A stretch of DNA of 64,000 nt, from NCBI GenBank assembly GCA_963845565.1, contig CAWJSJ010000002.1, positions 1,440,001 to 1,504,000 on the forward strand, given 5' to 3'. The notes under the pieces were generated by a model, which saw only the letters and a list, made by a program, of their open reading frames with translations, ran no database searches and was not told where the DNA came from. Source of the stretch: an uncultured Methylomirabilota bacterium. GTDB lineage: Bacteria > Methylomirabilota > Methylomirabilia > Methylomirabilales > 2-02-FULL-66-22. This document shows positions 11,795 to 21,267 of this stretch, piece after piece (positions within the stretch are counted from its first letter, which is position 1; each line of letters begins with the position of its first letter). Made by a program: the position numbers and the translations under genes.

Positions 11795-13180
11795 CTATTC
11801 CGGCACCGCCGCATCATCCAGCGCTTTCTGGCATTTCTCCAGCGACTCCGCCGGGGACATCTTTCCGCCGATGGCGTAGGCGAAGTGCTCCTTGATGAGA
11901 TCGGTAAGCATGCGGCCGGCGGGCGGGAAGGTTTCCAGCACGGCGCGGCTCATGGCGGCCTTGCGGGCCTCGGGCACCGGGATCTTCTTGGCGTCCGGGT
12001 TGTCGTAGACGGCGATCACCGCGGACTCGTTGCCCTCGACGATCAACTCGCGATAATGCGCCTCGTAGCTGCGCATGTAGTCGAGGAACAGCATGGACGC
12101 GGCCTTCTGGGGGTCGGAGATGTACTTGTTGATCATGTACCCGTCGATGTCGAAGTAGGAGGCGTGGTACTCATCCGGCTTGGAGGCATCCCACTTCGGT
12201 GGCGGGGCCACGGCCCAGTCGTTCTGGATGTTTGGGGCCTTCTTGGGGTCCTGGAAGCGGTTCGCGTCCACGGTGTGCGTCACCACCATGGCGGCCTTGC
12301 CCATGGCAAACATGTCGGACGCGCTCATCCACGAATACTCGAGCACCGAGGACGGCGCGCTCTTGTCCGTCAGCACCATGTCGGCGAGCATCTTCCAGGC
12401 GTTTTTGCCCTCCGGCGTGTTGACGGTGACCCGCTGCTTCTGTAGTTCCACCATCCGACCACCTTGCGAGTAGATCATGTCGCGGAGCGGATAGACGATG
12501 TCCATCTCGCCGCCCGCGGAGAAGACATAGCCCCACACCTTCTCGGTGGTCGCCTTCTTGGCGATCTCCTGCAGTTCGGTCCAGGTCGCCGGCGGCTTCG
12601 ACACGATGGAGGGCCGGTAGAACAGCATCATGGTCTTGACCTGGCCGATCGAGCCATAGATCTTCCCGTCCGGCGCGGTCAGGCCCTTCTTGGTCGGCGG
12701 TGCGTAAAGCTTCCACACGCCCGGGTCGTTCCAGATCGCGTCGATCGGGTGGAGCCAGCCGCCAGCCACCATCTGCATGTAGGTGGTCGGGTGGTCGTAG
12801 CACATGATGTCAACCGACGCACTCTTGGCCGCAAAGATGGACACGGTCTTTGCCACGATCGGTGGCTCCGCCCAGGCAAGCAGCTCGACCTTGATGCCGG
12901 TCAATTGCTCGAAGGCCTTGGCGTTCTGCACGGTCGCGGGATCGTGCTCCAGCGCGCCGAAATTCGACACCTTGATCTTGGTGACGCCCTTCACCGCATC
13001 CTTCCACCCGTCCGGCAGGATGTACTTCTGTCCGCCGACCCGCTCGCCGATCGGCTTTGGCTTGTTCCAGTTGACCTGTTCGTACGCCTTCTTGGCGCCG
13101 GCCCAGGTCGGGGCAGCGGCCAAGACCAGTCCAAGCGCGGCTACCACCGCCACGAGAGTCATCCAGTGCATCCGCTTCAT
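11795..13180 (-). CDS. Sugar ABC transporter substrate-binding protein
   Basis: Signal peptide, SBP_bac_1-like sequence, upstream of two permeases. Confidence 0.88.
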   Translation of the reverse strand: MKRMHWMTLVAVVAALGLVLAAAPTWAGAKKAYEQVNWNKPKPIGERVGGQKYILPDGWKDAVKGVTKIKVSNFGALEHDPATVQNAKAFEQLTGIKVELLAWAEPPIVAKTVSIFAAKSASVDIMCYDHPTTYMQMVAGGWLHPIDAIWNDPGVWKLYAPPTKKGLTAPDGKIYGSIGQVKTMMLFYRPSIVSKPPATWTELQEIAKKATTEKVWGYVFSAGGEMDIVYPLRDMIYSQGGRMVELQKQRVTVNTPEGKNAWKMLADMVLTDKSAPSSVLEYSWMSASDMFAMGKAAMVVTHTVDANRFQDPKKAPNIQNDWAVAPPPKWDASKPDEYHASYFDIDGYMINKYISDPQKAASMLFLDYMRSYEAHYRELIVEGNESAVIAVYDNPDAKKIPVPEARKAAMSRAVLETFPPAGRMLTDLIKEHFAYAIGGKMSPAESLEKCQKALDDAAVPE

Positions 13181-13567
13181 GTGCGTAACCCCCTTTGCTG
13201 AGGAAAAAATGCGAACCGCCACGACGCTCTGCGAGTCCGCGTCACCCCCTTTCGTCCCCTCTCACCGATGGCCTTTGGATCGTAGCCGACAAATTCTGGC
13301 TCCAAGGCCGTGTCAAAGTCAAGGAGGATCGGCGAGCGGCCCGAATCGCCGACGCGCGCTGCCCGTCTTCTTTCCTCATTCGGTGCCTCCGACACAGCTT
13401 GACAGGCGTGGTGCGATGATCGCCCCCCGCCTGCCGGACCCCGCCGGCATGGGCGTGCGCACCGTGGCAGGCGGGCCGTGAGACCGAGCGAAATGGGGCA
13501 TACCATGCGACCCGCAAATGCCCCTTGCCGAGAGTGGCAGGTCCTCTCTAGCCATGGCATAATACGC

Positions 13568-13637
13568 GGACGGCTGTTTCATCGAGCGGAGCCGAACCGG
13601 CGAGCCGGTGGTGAGGCGCTCATTTGACACGGCGAAT
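13568..13637 (+). other. Degenerate attC-like site
   Basis: ATCGAGCG...ACCGGC-GA-GCCGGT...CGCTCAT; arms pair except one extra C; R-box cores decayed. Confidence 0.5.
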
Positions 13638-13654
13638 CGCCTCGGGAGGTGCGG

Positions 13655-14319
13655 ATGTTTGCGGGCCATATCGGTGCCGGGCTCGCCATCGGGCGAGCCG
13701 ACCGGCGCATCAATGTCGGGGTCCTGATTTCTGCGGCACTGCTGCTGGATGCTGTGCTCTGGCTCTTCATCTTGCTGGGCTGGGAGTCGGTTTCCATTCC
13801 GGCCGACTTTGCCGCCAGCTACCAGCCGCACTTCAACTTTCCGTACTCGCACAGTCTCTCGGAAGCCTGGCCTGGTCAGTGTTCGCGGCTCTGGCGGCGT
13901 ACTGGTGGCTCCCACGGTCCGGCGGCATGAAGCTGCGCGCCGCCGCGCTCGTCGGCGCGGCGGCATTCTCCCACTGGTTGCTCGATGCGCTCGTTCATGC
14001 GCCGGAGCTGCCGCTTGCGGGGCCTCAATCGAGAATGGTTGGTTTGGGGTTGTGGGATGCCATCCCGCTGGCGCTGACGGTGGAGGGTCTGGTTGTCGCG
14101 GCCGGCCTGTGGTTATATCTGCCGCGCGCGCCGATATCCCGCGGGTCCAAGTGCGGTGTGTTCGCCCTGGGCGCGGTGGCCCTGGGATTTACTATCGTTG
14201 GTATGACGGTCGCGCCGCCGCCACCCTCGGCCGACGCGATGGCGGCCGGTTCGCTGATCACGGTGTTGATCGTGATCGCCTTGGCGTGGTGGTTAGGGAA
14301 GGTGCCCGCCGAGAGTTGA
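13655..14319 (+). CDS. Membrane-bound metal-dependent hydrolase-like protein (frameshift near 13858)
   Basis: MFAGH, LLD and PYSHSL in one frame; FSHWLLD and TM helices in another. Confidence 0.75.
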
Positions 14320-14389
14320 GGCGATCTGGTCAATCAAGCCGACGCCCTTGGGGCGCAGCGCGATTCCAGCGGAGGATCCCTTCTGAACT

Positions 14390-15010
14390 ATGTCGCGACT
14401 CGTCTATTTCATCACCCACCCAAACGTCGTGATCTCCCGCGACCTGCCGGTGCCGCAATGGCCGCTGTCGGACCGCGGGCTATGGCGGATGCGCGAGTCG
14501 CTGAGACAACCGTGGGTCGGGGGAATCAGTGCGATCTATTGCAGCCGTGAGCAGAAGGCGATTGACGGTGCACAGGTTCTTGCCGCGCACCGTTCCCTGA
14601 TCGCGCAGCAGGTGCACGAGTTGGGAGAGAACGACAGGTCATCCACTGGCTTTCTGCCCCCGGCGGAGTTCGAGGAAGTCGCGAATCAGTTCTTCGCGCG
14701 GCCACGCGAATCGGTGTTGGGCTGGGAGCCCGCGGTCAACGCTCAGAGGCGAATCTGTGGTGCGGTCGACTCGATCATCAGCGCCGACAGGAGCGCCGGA
14801 ACGATCGCCATCGTATCCCACGGCGCCGTCGGTACGTTGCTGTTTTGCCACCTCTCTGGCTTCGAAATCAGTCGAAACTGGGACCAGCCCGCCAACGGCG
14901 GCGGAAACTACTTTTCGTTCACCGCCGAGACCCGACGCGTCCTGCATGGTTGGAAGCCGGTCGATGGGCTCGCGCCGACCCAACCGCTCGACGGACCGTC
15001 TCGCCTCTGA
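14390..15010 (+). CDS. Histidine phosphatase family protein
   Basis: YFITHP, WPLS, LGENDRS, IVSHG motifs. Confidence 0.85.
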   Translation: MSRLVYFITHPNVVISRDLPVPQWPLSDRGLWRMRESLRQPWVGGISAIYCSREQKAIDGAQVLAAHRSLIAQQVHELGENDRSSTGFLPPAEFEEVANQFFARPRESVLGWEPAVNAQRRICGAVDSIISADRSAGTIAIVSHGAVGTLLFCHLSGFEISRNWDQPANGGGNYFSFTAETRRVLHGWKPVDGLAPTQPLDGPSRL

Positions 15011-15073
15011 CGCGAGATCGCCCTGGCATCTTGGTCGCGCCGACTCCGACTGGATCGGCATCCATGGTGGGTG

Positions 15074-15565
15074 TCATTTCATCGGTCCGACCGGCGTCCA
15101 GCCGCCGGGATTGCAGAGCGTTCCTTCCGCCTCGGCGATGAGGCCCAGCGAGATGTCGTGGCGGCCGCCGTCGTAGGGGGTGGCGAGCCAGGTCTCCAGG
15201 ATGTCCAGCGCCTCCAGATACCCGGTGATGCGTCCACCCAGGCAGAGCAGGTTGGAGTTGTTGTGCGCCCGGGTCATCTTGCCCATGTACGTGCTGGTAC
15301 ACAGCGACGCGCGCACCCCCTTGAAGCGGTTGGCGATGATGCTCATGCCGATGCCCGTCGAGCAGATCAGGATCCCGCGCTCGATCTCGCCGCGCGAGAC
15401 GGCGCCGGCCACCCGTGCCGCGTAATGCGGATAGCGGACGATTTCGCCGGAATAGGAACCGACGTGCTCCGCCGGAATGCCCTTCTCGCCCAGGAACTTC
15501 AGGACGTGGGGGATAAGATCGTACCCGCCGTGGTCGTTGCCGATCAGGATCGTCTTCGGGTCCAT
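15074..15565 (-). CDS. rpiB: Ribose-5-phosphate isomerase B (RpiB/LacA/LacB family)
   Basis: GNDHGG, CSTGIGMSI, RAHNNSN, GGRH motifs. Confidence 0.93.
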   Translation of the reverse strand: MDPKTILIGNDHGGYDLIPHVLKFLGEKGIPAEHVGSYSGEIVRYPHYAARVAGAVSRGEIERGILICSTGIGMSIIANRFKGVRASLCTSTYMGKMTRAHNNSNLLCLGGRITGYLEALDILETWLATPYDGGRHDISLGLIAEAEGTLCNPGGWTPVGPMK

Positions 15566-15582
15566 ATCGTCCTCCGTGATGA

Positions 15583-15680
15583 GCCACAAGAAGCACAAGG
15601 GGCACAAGGTATGGGCCAAACGTCAAAGTAATGGCCCGCAGGCATTCCTCAACGGGTGTGCTTCTTGTGCGTCTTGTGGC
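15583..15680. repeat. 9-bp tandem repeat with inverted arm (GCACAAG core)
   Basis: gccacaaga agcacaagg ggcacaagg ... tgtgcttc ttgtgcgtc ttgtggc. Confidence 0.8.
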
Positions 15681-15703
15681 CAATTCGTTCGGGTGCTCTT
15701 GGG

Positions 15704-16522
15704 CTACCCCTCCTTCGGGATGAACTTCCGCAGATGCCGGATCGCCTGGCGGGCGGCGGAGTCCGGGTCCGGCTTGGGCAGGATCTCCACCGACGTCCAG
15801 CCGCGGTAGCCGACCGCGTTCAGCGCGCCCACGATCGAGCCGAAATCGAGGTGGCCCCAGCCGGGGGCCAGGCGGTTGCTGTCGGCGAAATGAACGTAGG
15901 CGATGTGGGCGATGTACTTCGTGAGGTTGCCCTCGATCGAGACGTCCTCGATGTTCATGTGGAATACGTCCGGCATGAGCTTCAGCCCGGGGATGGCGAG
16001 CCGCTCCATGAGGGCCGCCCCCTCGTCCACGCTGTTGATGAAGTTGATCTCGTACCGGTTGACCGGCTCCAGGATCAGGTCCACCCCCTTGGGACGCGCG
16101 TAGGCGGCGATCTCGCGAACCGCCTCGCCGAAGCGGCCCTCGGCAAGCTCGGCCGTCTCCCCTTCGGCGATGAAGCCGCGCACCCGCCCCATGTTCACCA
16201 TGGCCTGGAAGCGCGCGGCGACGTCCACCAGCCCCTTGAAGATCTCCACGGCCCGCCGCCGCTTGGCCGCATCCGGATCGGTGAGCCAGAGCTTGTGCCC
16301 GGCGAAGACCTGGCCGGTGGAGACGACGGGGATCTCCAGGCCGTATTCCCGGATCAGGCGCTCCACCCGCTCCACGCTCACCTGGTCCTTGTCCATCAGG
16401 GCCAGCTCGATCCCGTCGTAGCCCATTTCGGCGGCTTTCCGGATGCTCTCCTCGATCCCGCGGAAGACGACGAACGCCGTGGGGAGGGCATCCTCGGTGG
16501 CGATGGCGACTGCAATCTTCAT
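15704..16522 (-). CDS. Sugar phosphate isomerase/epimerase (IolO/5-keto-gluconate epimerase-like)
   Basis: LEPVNRYE, DVFHMNIE, HFADSNRLAPG motifs. Confidence 0.88.
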   Translation of the reverse strand: MKIAVAIATEDALPTAFVVFRGIEESIRKAAEMGYDGIELALMDKDQVSVERVERLIREYGLEIPVVSTGQVFAGHKLWLTDPDAAKRRRAVEIFKGLVDVAARFQAMVNMGRVRGFIAEGETAELAEGRFGEAVREIAAYARPKGVDLILEPVNRYEINFINSVDEGAALMERLAIPGLKLMPDVFHMNIEDVSIEGNLTKYIAHIAYVHFADSNRLAPGWGHLDFGSIVGALNAVGYRGWTSVEILPKPDPDSAARQAIRHLRKFIPKEG

Positions 16523-16536
16523 TTGATCACCTCCGG

Positions 16537-17328
16537 TCAATCCAGGGGGACGTTCGTGTGGCCCTCCGCGACATACTGCTCGTAGTCGGCCTGGTAGTTC
16601 CGCCGGACCGTCGGGGTGACCACCAGCAGATCGATGGAGACATGTTCGGGCTGACTCGCCACGTAAATGACCGCGGCAGCGATATCTTCCGGCCTGAGCA
16701 TCTGGGCCAGATCGGCCTTGGCGGGGGGGCGCGGCCGGAGGTCCAGATTGGGCGTGTCCACCTCGCCGGGGGCGATCACGCAGGCTTTGATGCCGTGGCG
16801 CCGCTCCTCCAGGTTGATCGAGCCGGTGAGCGCATGGACGCCATGCTTGGACGCCGAATACGCGACGCCACCCGGCGCGCTCGGAGTCAATCCCGCGCCG
16901 GACGAGATGTTGATGATGTGGCCGGTCCCTGCGGCACGCATGTGGGGGAGGGCGTACCGGGTGAAGAGAAACGCGCCGGTGAGATTCGTGTCCAGGACGC
17001 GTCGCCAGTCGGGGACGGAGGTATCGGCCAGGTTCCGGTGGAAGGTGTTGACGCCTGCGTTGTTGACGAGGATGTGAATACGGCCGAAGCGGCTCAGCGT
17101 CTCTTCGACCGTTCGCTTGGCGAGCGCAGGGTCGGCCACATCCCCGGGGAAGACGAGGACCTCCGACCCGCGGGCCCGGGCCAACGCCGCCGTCTCATCC
17201 AGCCGATCGGCCCGGCGCGCCACCAGCCCGAGGTTCGCCCCCTCCGCCGCCAACCCGACAGCGATGGCCTGCCCCATGCCGCTGCTCGCGCCCGTCACCA
17301 CGACGATCTTCCCCTGCAGGCACCCCAT
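16537..17328 (-). CDS. SDR family oxidoreductase
   Basis: TGASSGMG, NNAG, YSASK motifs. Confidence 0.93.
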   Translation of the reverse strand: MGCLQGKIVVVTGASSGMGQAIAVGLAAEGANLGLVARRADRLDETAALARARGSEVLVFPGDVADPALAKRTVEETLSRFGRIHILVNNAGVNTFHRNLADTSVPDWRRVLDTNLTGAFLFTRYALPHMRAAGTGHIINISSGAGLTPSAPGGVAYSASKHGVHALTGSINLEERRHGIKACVIAPGEVDTPNLDLRPRPPAKADLAQMLRPEDIAAAVIYVASQPEHVSIDLLVVTPTVRRNYQADYEQYVAEGHTNVPLD

Positions 17329-17645
17329 GTGGCAGTCTCCTCTATTCTTTGACAACGGCTCAGTGACGCTCCGGCCCGACCGTGCCGACGGACACGGTCG
17401 GGCCGGCGAATTTCGGGCAGTATAGCAAGAATCGATCGGCTTGCGCAAAAGCTCTCTGCACGCAGGCGTTGCATCGCGGCCCGGATTCCGGTAGCCTCTT
17501 TCCAGGGCTACCCTCTTTGCCGGGCGTCCATCCCGACGCCTCCTCGCCCGGCAACGGCAAATCGCGCGAAGCGAGCGGCCGCGCCATTGATCGGTCGGCT
17601 GCCGGCGAGATCGCGTGTGTGTTCTGCGGTAACATGGAGATCGTC

Positions 17646-18020
17646 ATGTCCAAACAATCCATGGACCAAACGGGGACGCAGCCGGAAATCCGGGAGACCT
17701 CCGATCGTCTCATGGTCATCCTGGGGCAGGCGCTCGTCGACGAGCTGGAGAAAGCCCAGCAAGAGGGCGGGAACGTCCTGGCCTGGCAGTTCGGGTCTCT
17801 CGACGCGCTGACGAAGCATCTCTCGGGGTCGCTCGCGGCCATCGTGACGCTTCTCAAGGGGCTCAACCCGCCCCAGAAGGATTTCGTCCTGTTCCGGCAA
17901 CGCGTGCACCGGCAGCTCCAGCCTGCTGTGCTCGCGTTGCTGAATGTAGAACTGGGCAAAATTGGCGCCCAGGGCAAGCTCCCCTGGCCGCACGAGGGGG
18001 AGAAGGGCGGACACGCTTAG
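17646..18020 (+). CDS. Hypothetical protein
   Basis: GGAGA RBS, protein-like composition; no family recognised. Confidence 0.55.
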   Translation: MSKQSMDQTGTQPEIRETSDRLMVILGQALVDELEKAQQEGGNVLAWQFGSLDALTKHLSGSLAAIVTLLKGLNPPQKDFVLFRQRVHRQLQPAVLALLNVELGKIGAQGKLPWPHEGEKGGHA

Positions 18021-18121
18021 GAGCCGTTACGAAATCGCTTGTCCATTTGTTGTAATTTCGTTACGGCTCCTTATGCCGTTCCCAAAATTCTCCGGTCAAG
18101 TTATTCTTTGACAACGGCTTA
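18016..18121. mobile_element. 106-bp AT-rich MITE-like repeat (family B), copy 1
   Basis: Near-identical inverted copy at 42395-42500; internal inverted repeat aggagccgttacgaaat/atttcgttacggctcct. Confidence 0.7.
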
Positions 18122-18149
18122 GACGCTGCGACCCGAGTTCACCCGTTCG

Positions 18150-18178
18150 TTGACCGAACCGGGCCAATCTCGTATAGT
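18150..18178 (+). promoter_or_regulatory. sigma70-type promoter for the glutaredoxin selenoprotein
   Basis: TTGACC-17bp-TATAGT. Confidence 0.65.
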
Positions 18179-18249
18179 GCCTTCCGGGATTGCGGCGTGT
18201 CGCGCGGCGCCGGGGAATTGGTCAACCGTTCGTCTGTGTGGAGGGTGCG

Positions 18250-18486
18250 ATGGCGAAGAACGTAGTCGTGTACTCCCAACCTGGGTGAGGGGCCTGTGAC
18301 CGAGAGAAAGAGTTTCTTTCTCAACACGGTGTTTCGTTCGTGGCCAAAGATATCCGCGCGGACCAGGCCGCGCTCCAGGAATTGGTGAAGCTGGGGTTTC
18401 GGGCCACGCCGGTGGCCGTGATCGATGGTGAGGCGGTGGTAGGTTTTGATCGGGAGAAGCTCCAGAAGTTGCTCGGCCTTGCTTAG
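18250..18486 (+). CDS. Glutaredoxin/NrdH-like selenoprotein (UGAC motif)
   Basis: MAKNVVVYSQPG-TGA(18286-18288)-GACDREKEFL...GFRATPVAVIDGEAVVGFDREKL; GGAGG RBS; 8-bp hairpin at 18304-18322. Confidence 0.85.
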
Positions 18487-18645
18487 CAGGCTGCTCAAAA
18501 AAGCCCATCTGCTGCGTTGGCGCGCTCGGGCTCACTGCGGCGTACCTCCAGTACGCCTCGCTCGGCCCGATCAGGATGGGTGCCGCCTTGCATCTGGACC
18601 TTTTTGAGCAGCCTGGGCGAATACGGGTTGTTCAGCATCCTGCTA
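18484..18645. mobile_element. MITE-like repeat (family A), copy 1
   Basis: Ends tagcaggctgctcaaaaa / ttgttcagcatcctgcta; homologous copies elsewhere in the window. Confidence 0.8.
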
Positions 18646-18679
18646 GAGGGCCTTGCTGCAGGGGCCGGGTGGCCGGGAC

Positions 18680-19660
18680 ATGGCGAAGCTCTGGGCTTGC
18701 TGTCTCTGCGGTCTGCTGGTTCTTCCGCTGGTCGGGGCGGACGCTGCGTCCGCCGCCACCGTGTTCGATCAGGCGGCGCTGCAGCGCGAGTTGTCGCGGC
18801 CGGTCCTGGACGTGCATCGGCAGGGACCCGAGGCGCTCCGACTTCACGTCCAAGGCTTGGCGGAACTCTATAGCGGCCTGGACACGGCGCAAGAGGTTTC
18901 GCCGGAGGAGCGGCGCGCCCTGGGAGACCGCATCCTGGCCCGAGTGGCCCAGGCGAGTCTTCTTCTGCGCGCCGAGGGCCCAGGTCCGACCAGGACCGAC
19001 AAGCTTAACGGCGACATGGTGCGTCCGGCGGCGTTGATCCCCGCCGGCCGGCCGGAAGGTTTTCTCGCGGACCGGTCGTTCCTTCTGCTGGGCCTGCTGG
19101 GCGGTGTGATCATTGCCTTCTCGCTGGGGAGCCTGACCGGCTATCGGCGCGGGGCGCGGCAGGCGTCGTATTACGGCGAGGGAGATCCGCGCAGATTGTT
19201 CATCGCCCGCTCCCAAGGTGGCGCGAGACCCGCCGGCCGTCCGGTGCGGATCACCCAGGATCAGATCCGGAAAGCGCTGATTTCCGGGCGGACGGTCCTG
19301 ATGCAGCTCGGATACGAGATCGCACCGGACCGGCGCGGGGAATTCCTAACCTTGCTCCGGGAGATGCAAGAGATCCTCAACGGCGTGGAGGGGCACGCCC
19401 ATTCGGTCTGGGAAGACCCCCGCCACCCGAACCGCTTCTATGAGCTCGTCACCTGCCATCGGCTGGACGCCCTCGATCTTCTGACGAGTGACCGCAACGA
19501 ACTGGCCGGCCTGGACGCCAAGATCGAGGCATGCTGGCTTCCCGGGCGGCCGGTTCTGCGCCGGGCGTGGTGGGGGGTGCTGCCGGCACGCGGCGCCCGG
19601 CCGGGGCACTTCGGTATTCCGGAATCCGCGGGCCAGGCCCGGGGGGACGCACCATCGTGA
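18680..19660 (+). CDS. Hypothetical membrane protein
   Basis: Signal peptide plus one TM helix; stop overlaps the next start (GTGA). Confidence 0.65.
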   Translation: MAKLWACCLCGLLVLPLVGADAASAATVFDQAALQRELSRPVLDVHRQGPEALRLHVQGLAELYSGLDTAQEVSPEERRALGDRILARVAQASLLLRAEGPGPTRTDKLNGDMVRPAALIPAGRPEGFLADRSFLLLGLLGGVIIAFSLGSLTGYRRGARQASYYGEGDPRRLFIARSQGGARPAGRPVRITQDQIRKALISGRTVLMQLGYEIAPDRRGEFLTLLREMQEILNGVEGHAHSVWEDPRHPNRFYELVTCHRLDALDLLTSDRNELAGLDAKIEACWLPGRPVLRRAWWGVLPARGARPGHFGIPESAGQARGDAPS

Positions 19661-20436
19661 AGTTTCGCCGACTCCTCTATCGCGTGTACGAGAAGCGCCT
19701 CGACGCGGAGATCCAGCGGAGCAAGCTGCCGCAGCACGTCGGACTCATCCTGGACGGCAACCGCCGCTACGCGCGCTCGATCGGCCTGATGGATATCGTG
19801 GAGGGACACCGCCTGGGCGCCAACAAGCTGGACGACGTGCTCACCTGGTGCGAAGAGCTGGGGATCCGGATGGTGAGCATCTGGATTCTGTCCACGGAGA
19901 ATCTCCAGCGGCCGCCCGACGAGGTGGCGGGGCTGGTCGAACTGATCGGGAATCGGCTGCGGGGCGCGGCGCAGGATCCGAGAACGCACCGGAAGCGGAT
20001 GCGCATCCGGGCCATCGGAAAGCTGGAAATCCTGCCCGAGTCGTTGCGCGATGCCATCCGGGAGGCGGAGGAGGCAACCCGGGAGTACGACGGCTTCTTC
20101 CTGAACGTGGCGGTGGGCTACGGCGGCCGGCAGGAGATCGTGGACGCGGTGCAGGGCTTGCTCCGGGAGCGGCTGGCGCGCGGGACGGGTCTGGAGGCCG
20201 CCATCGAGGAGGTGACCCCGGAGAACCTCGAGAAGTATCTTTACACCTACGAACTGCCCGATCCCGACCTGATCATCCGGACCAGCGGCGAGGTGCGCCT
20301 CTCCGGGTTCCTGCTCTGGCAGAGCGCCTACAGCGAGTTCTACTTCTGCGACGCGTACTGGCCCGCCTTCCGCCGGATCGACCTGCTGCGGGCGATTCGG
20401 AGCTACCAGCAGCGGGAGCGGCGGTTCGGCTTCTGA
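19657..20436 (+). CDS. cis-prenyltransferase (UppS family, short-chain Z-isoprenyl diphosphate synthase-like)
   Basis: HVGLILDGNRR, STEN, YGGRQE, RTSGEVRLSGFLLWQ. Confidence 0.93.
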   Translation: MKFRRLLYRVYEKRLDAEIQRSKLPQHVGLILDGNRRYARSIGLMDIVEGHRLGANKLDDVLTWCEELGIRMVSIWILSTENLQRPPDEVAGLVELIGNRLRGAAQDPRTHRKRMRIRAIGKLEILPESLRDAIREAEEATREYDGFFLNVAVGYGGRQEIVDAVQGLLRERLARGTGLEAAIEEVTPENLEKYLYTYELPDPDLIIRTSGEVRLSGFLLWQSAYSEFYFCDAYWPAFRRIDLLRAIRSYQQRERRFGF

Positions 20437-20591
20437 CGGGCTGCTGAAAAAGGCCCATCTGCGGCGTTGGCCCGCCTCGGCACTCGCTGCGACGTACCTC
20501 CAGTACGCCTCGCTCGGCCCTCCGGCGTGCCGCCTTGCATCTGGGCCTTTTTGAGCAGCCTGGGCGAAGACGGGTTCTTCGCTTCCTGCCG
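20434..20591. mobile_element. MITE-like repeat (family A), copy 2
   Basis: tgacgggctgctgaaaaaggcccatctg...tttttgagcagcctg; begins at the upstream stop codon; right end approximate. Confidence 0.8.
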
Positions 20592-20628
20592 AAGCGGGCC
20601 GGCAACCAACCGAATCGTGTCTTCCCTG

Positions 20629-20943
20629 TCAGGCGGCCTCGTTGAACCAGCGCTGGAGGATCACCTTGATGGTGGCTTCGGGCGCTGCGGCGGCGTACAC
20701 GCCGTCCGTCATCCCCTCCAGCCCGCGGACTTGATACAGGGTGACGTTCCGGCGCTCCCCCTCGCCGAGGAATCGGGGAAACCAGGCCAGGTCGCAGAAC
20801 CGATAGAGCGGGGCGGCGGGCAGGATTCCCGTTCCGACCGCCACCTCCCGGTGCCGGGCTGTAAGCCTGGCCTGCGGGCTCCGGCCCCTGGCAGCCTCGA
20901 ATTCGGTTGACGACTCAACCTCCCAGACGTTGACCGCCCCCAT
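20629..20943 (-). CDS. Hypothetical protein
   Basis: GAGGAGG RBS; no family recognised. Confidence 0.5.
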   Translation of the reverse strand: MGAVNVWEVESSTEFEAARGRSPQARLTARHREVAVGTGILPAAPLYRFCDLAWFPRFLGEGERRNVTLYQVRGLEGMTDGVYAAAAPEATIKVILQRWFNEAA

Positions 20944-21058
20944 GAGGATCCTCCTCGAGGAAGACTGCGGTGGTCGCGGGGCAGGCCCCGAAGCCGTGGC
21001 GCCGCCGTGCCGGTGCGCGCCGCCGCGGTTCGGGTCGCCGTTAAGAGTCCAGCAGGAA

Positions 21059-21087
21059 CGCCAAGACCGCCCGAGGCGGTCTTGGCG
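21059..21087 (-). terminator. Stem-loop downstream of the tRNA
   Basis: 13-bp perfect stem cgccaagaccgcc / ggcggtcttggcg; weak U tail. Confidence 0.65.
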
Positions 21088-21100
21088 AACAGAATCACGA

Positions 21101-21178
21101 TGGCGTGCCCGAGGCGATTTGAACGCCTGATCTTCGGCTCCGCAGGCCGACGCTCTATCCAGGCTGAGCTACGGGCAC
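21101..21178 (-). tRNA. tRNA-Arg (anticodon GCG)
   Basis: GTGCCCG acceptor stem, TAGCTCAG..GGATAGAGC D-arm, TCGGC-CTGCGGA-GCCGA anticodon arm, TTCAAAT T-loop, encoded CCA. Confidence 0.95.
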
Positions 21179-21267
21179 ATGAGTCAAGAGCGAACTCTGG
21201 AAGGGAAAACCAAGGGGCATCTTAGCATTCGGACGCGGCGCCCGTCCAGTAAAAGCTGACGCCCCGA

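Noticed and set aside
21059..21120. Integration att duplicate of the tRNA 3' end (GCCCGAGGCG)
   Set aside because: Only 10 bp, part of the terminator stem, and no integrase nearby
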